Source: Escherichia phage ID32. Taken from it: a stretch of DNA of 6,071 bases. The position numbers were made by a program, and so were the translations under genes. Below, one piece after another: positions 5,094 to 6,071 of this stretch (its first letter is position 1; every line of letters begins with the position of its first letter). Below the pieces are notes generated by a model, which saw nothing but the letters and a program-made list of their open reading frames with translations, was not told where the DNA came from and made no database searches. The stretch lies in sequence record NC_007819.1, one strand, 5' to 3'.

Positions 5094-6071
5094 ATGTTAG
5101 GTGCCGTTGTAGGTGGTATTGCTTCAGCCTTAGCTGGTGGAGCCGCTTCTAAGCTGTTTGGTGGTAAACCTGCCGCTCAAGCCGCTACCGAGTCCTCTGG
5201 CCTTTCTAATGGTCAAGGTGTTATTGGTATGGATCAAGATGCCGGTATTCAGTCCGCTATTCAGGGCTCAAATGTCCCAAATGGTCAGATTCCTGCTCCC
5301 ACTACCACAGGCGGTGTTATGTCTGATGCTGGCAATATGATTAAGAATGCTGGTAAAGATTTGCTTGATGGTGTCATGACTGCTGGTAGTGACCGAGTTA
5401 AGCAGGCTTTGATTGATAAGTTAGGTGGCAATAATGCAAAGAGACAAGGACAAGCAACCCGTGATTACTTGGCTGCGGCCTTCCCTGAGCTCAACGCATG
5501 GGAGCGTGCTGGAGCTGGTGCTTCCGGCGCCGGTTTGGAATCTTCCAGCCAGGACCAACAGAAAGAATTAATGCGGATGCAGCTGGACAACCAGAAAGAT
5601 ATTGCGAAGATGCAGATGCAGAATAATTTGCAGATTGCAGGCATCCAGTCCGCTACTTCTCGTCAAAATACGAAGGATTCTGTTTATGCTCAGAATGAAA
5701 TGCTTCAGTACAATCAGCGTGAGTCGCAAGCGCGTGTTGAGTCCATCCTTGCCAACACTGACCTTACGGCTAAACAGGCCACCCATGAAATTATGAGAAT
5801 GGCTCTTACTCGTGCTCAGGAAACTGGTCAGCATTTGACTAACTCTCAGATTATGGCATTGGAGAAAAAGGTTTATGCAGAAATCGGAAAAATTCACCAA
5901 GATACTCAAAACGCTCGTTATGGTAGCTCTCAAGTTACTGCTGCGGCGAAAGATGTTACAAATATGATTTCTGATGCTGCTGGTGGTGTTGCCGATTGGG
6001 CTTCTCAGCAGTGGAATTCTTTCTTTAAGGATGGCAAGTCTAATGGTATTCCTTTAAATACCCGAAAATAG
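5094..6071 (+). CDS. H: Minor spike / DNA pilot protein H, 325 aa
   Basis: Gly/Ala-rich N-terminus (GGIASALAGGA.SKLFGG) and long matches to phiX174 H (TRDYLAAAFPELNAWERAGA, IAGIQSATSRQNTKD.VYAQNEML, QNARYGSS); AGGAG at 8 nt upstream; stop is the last codon of the window. Confidence 0.93.
   Translation: MLGAVVGGIASALAGGAASKLFGGKPAAQAATESSGLSNGQGVIGMDQDAGIQSAIQGSNVPNGQIPAPTTTGGVMSDAGNMIKNAGKDLLDGVMTAGSDRVKQALIDKLGGNNAKRQGQATRDYLAAAFPELNAWERAGAGASGAGLESSSQDQQKELMRMQLDNQKDIAKMQMQNNLQIAGIQSATSRQNTKDSVYAQNEMLQYNQRESQARVESILANTDLTAKQATHEIMRMALTRAQETGQHLTNSQIMALEKKVYAEIGKIHQDTQNARYGSSQVTAAAKDVTNMISDAAGGVADWASQQWNSFFKDGKSNGIPLNTRK

Noticed and set aside
5137-5933. Short alternative-frame and antisense ORFs inside gene H (5137..5340, 5602..5796, 5568..5933)
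   Set aside because: Contained within H, no translation signals, no recognisable features.
1-6071. Search for tRNA, CRISPR repeats, IS elements or integrase-like sequence
   Set aside because: No repeat-spacer periodicity, no cloverleaf-compatible segments and no terminal inverted repeats noticed; the genome organisation is fully accounted for by a microvirus.

Overview
The window reads as an essentially complete alpha3-like microvirus genome (phiX174 family, Microviridae), linearised immediately after the stop codon of gene H. All canonical genes lie on the + strand in the order A (with A* and B nested), K, C, D (E nested), J, F, G, H; identification rests on clear similarity of the translations to the phiX174 proteins as I recall them, plus Shine-Dalgarno (SD) motifs at sensible spacing. 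The 24-aa J protein and the ~6.1 kb size point to the alpha3/phiK/St-1 clade rather than phiX174 or G4. Landmarks visible in the sequence are the 30-nt viral-strand origin inside gene A, two near-identical GGGGC-UUCG-GCCCC hairpins in front of F and G, a 134-nt G-H spacer with strong stem-loops (candidate primase-dependent complementary-strand origin), and sigma70-like promoters before A and D. The most interesting region is the ~760 nt between H and A (1-762). I recall this being treated as a long non-coding spacer in alpha3-like phages, yet here it holds three tightly abutting + strand ORFs (122, 28 and 58 aa), each with its own SD at 6-7 nt, bracketed by an imperfect direct repeat of the gene-A promoter sequence. 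I cannot run searches, so novelty and function of this module are unverified. No tRNA, rRNA, CRISPR array or transposon is evident, and all minus-strand ORFs look like antisense artefacts.
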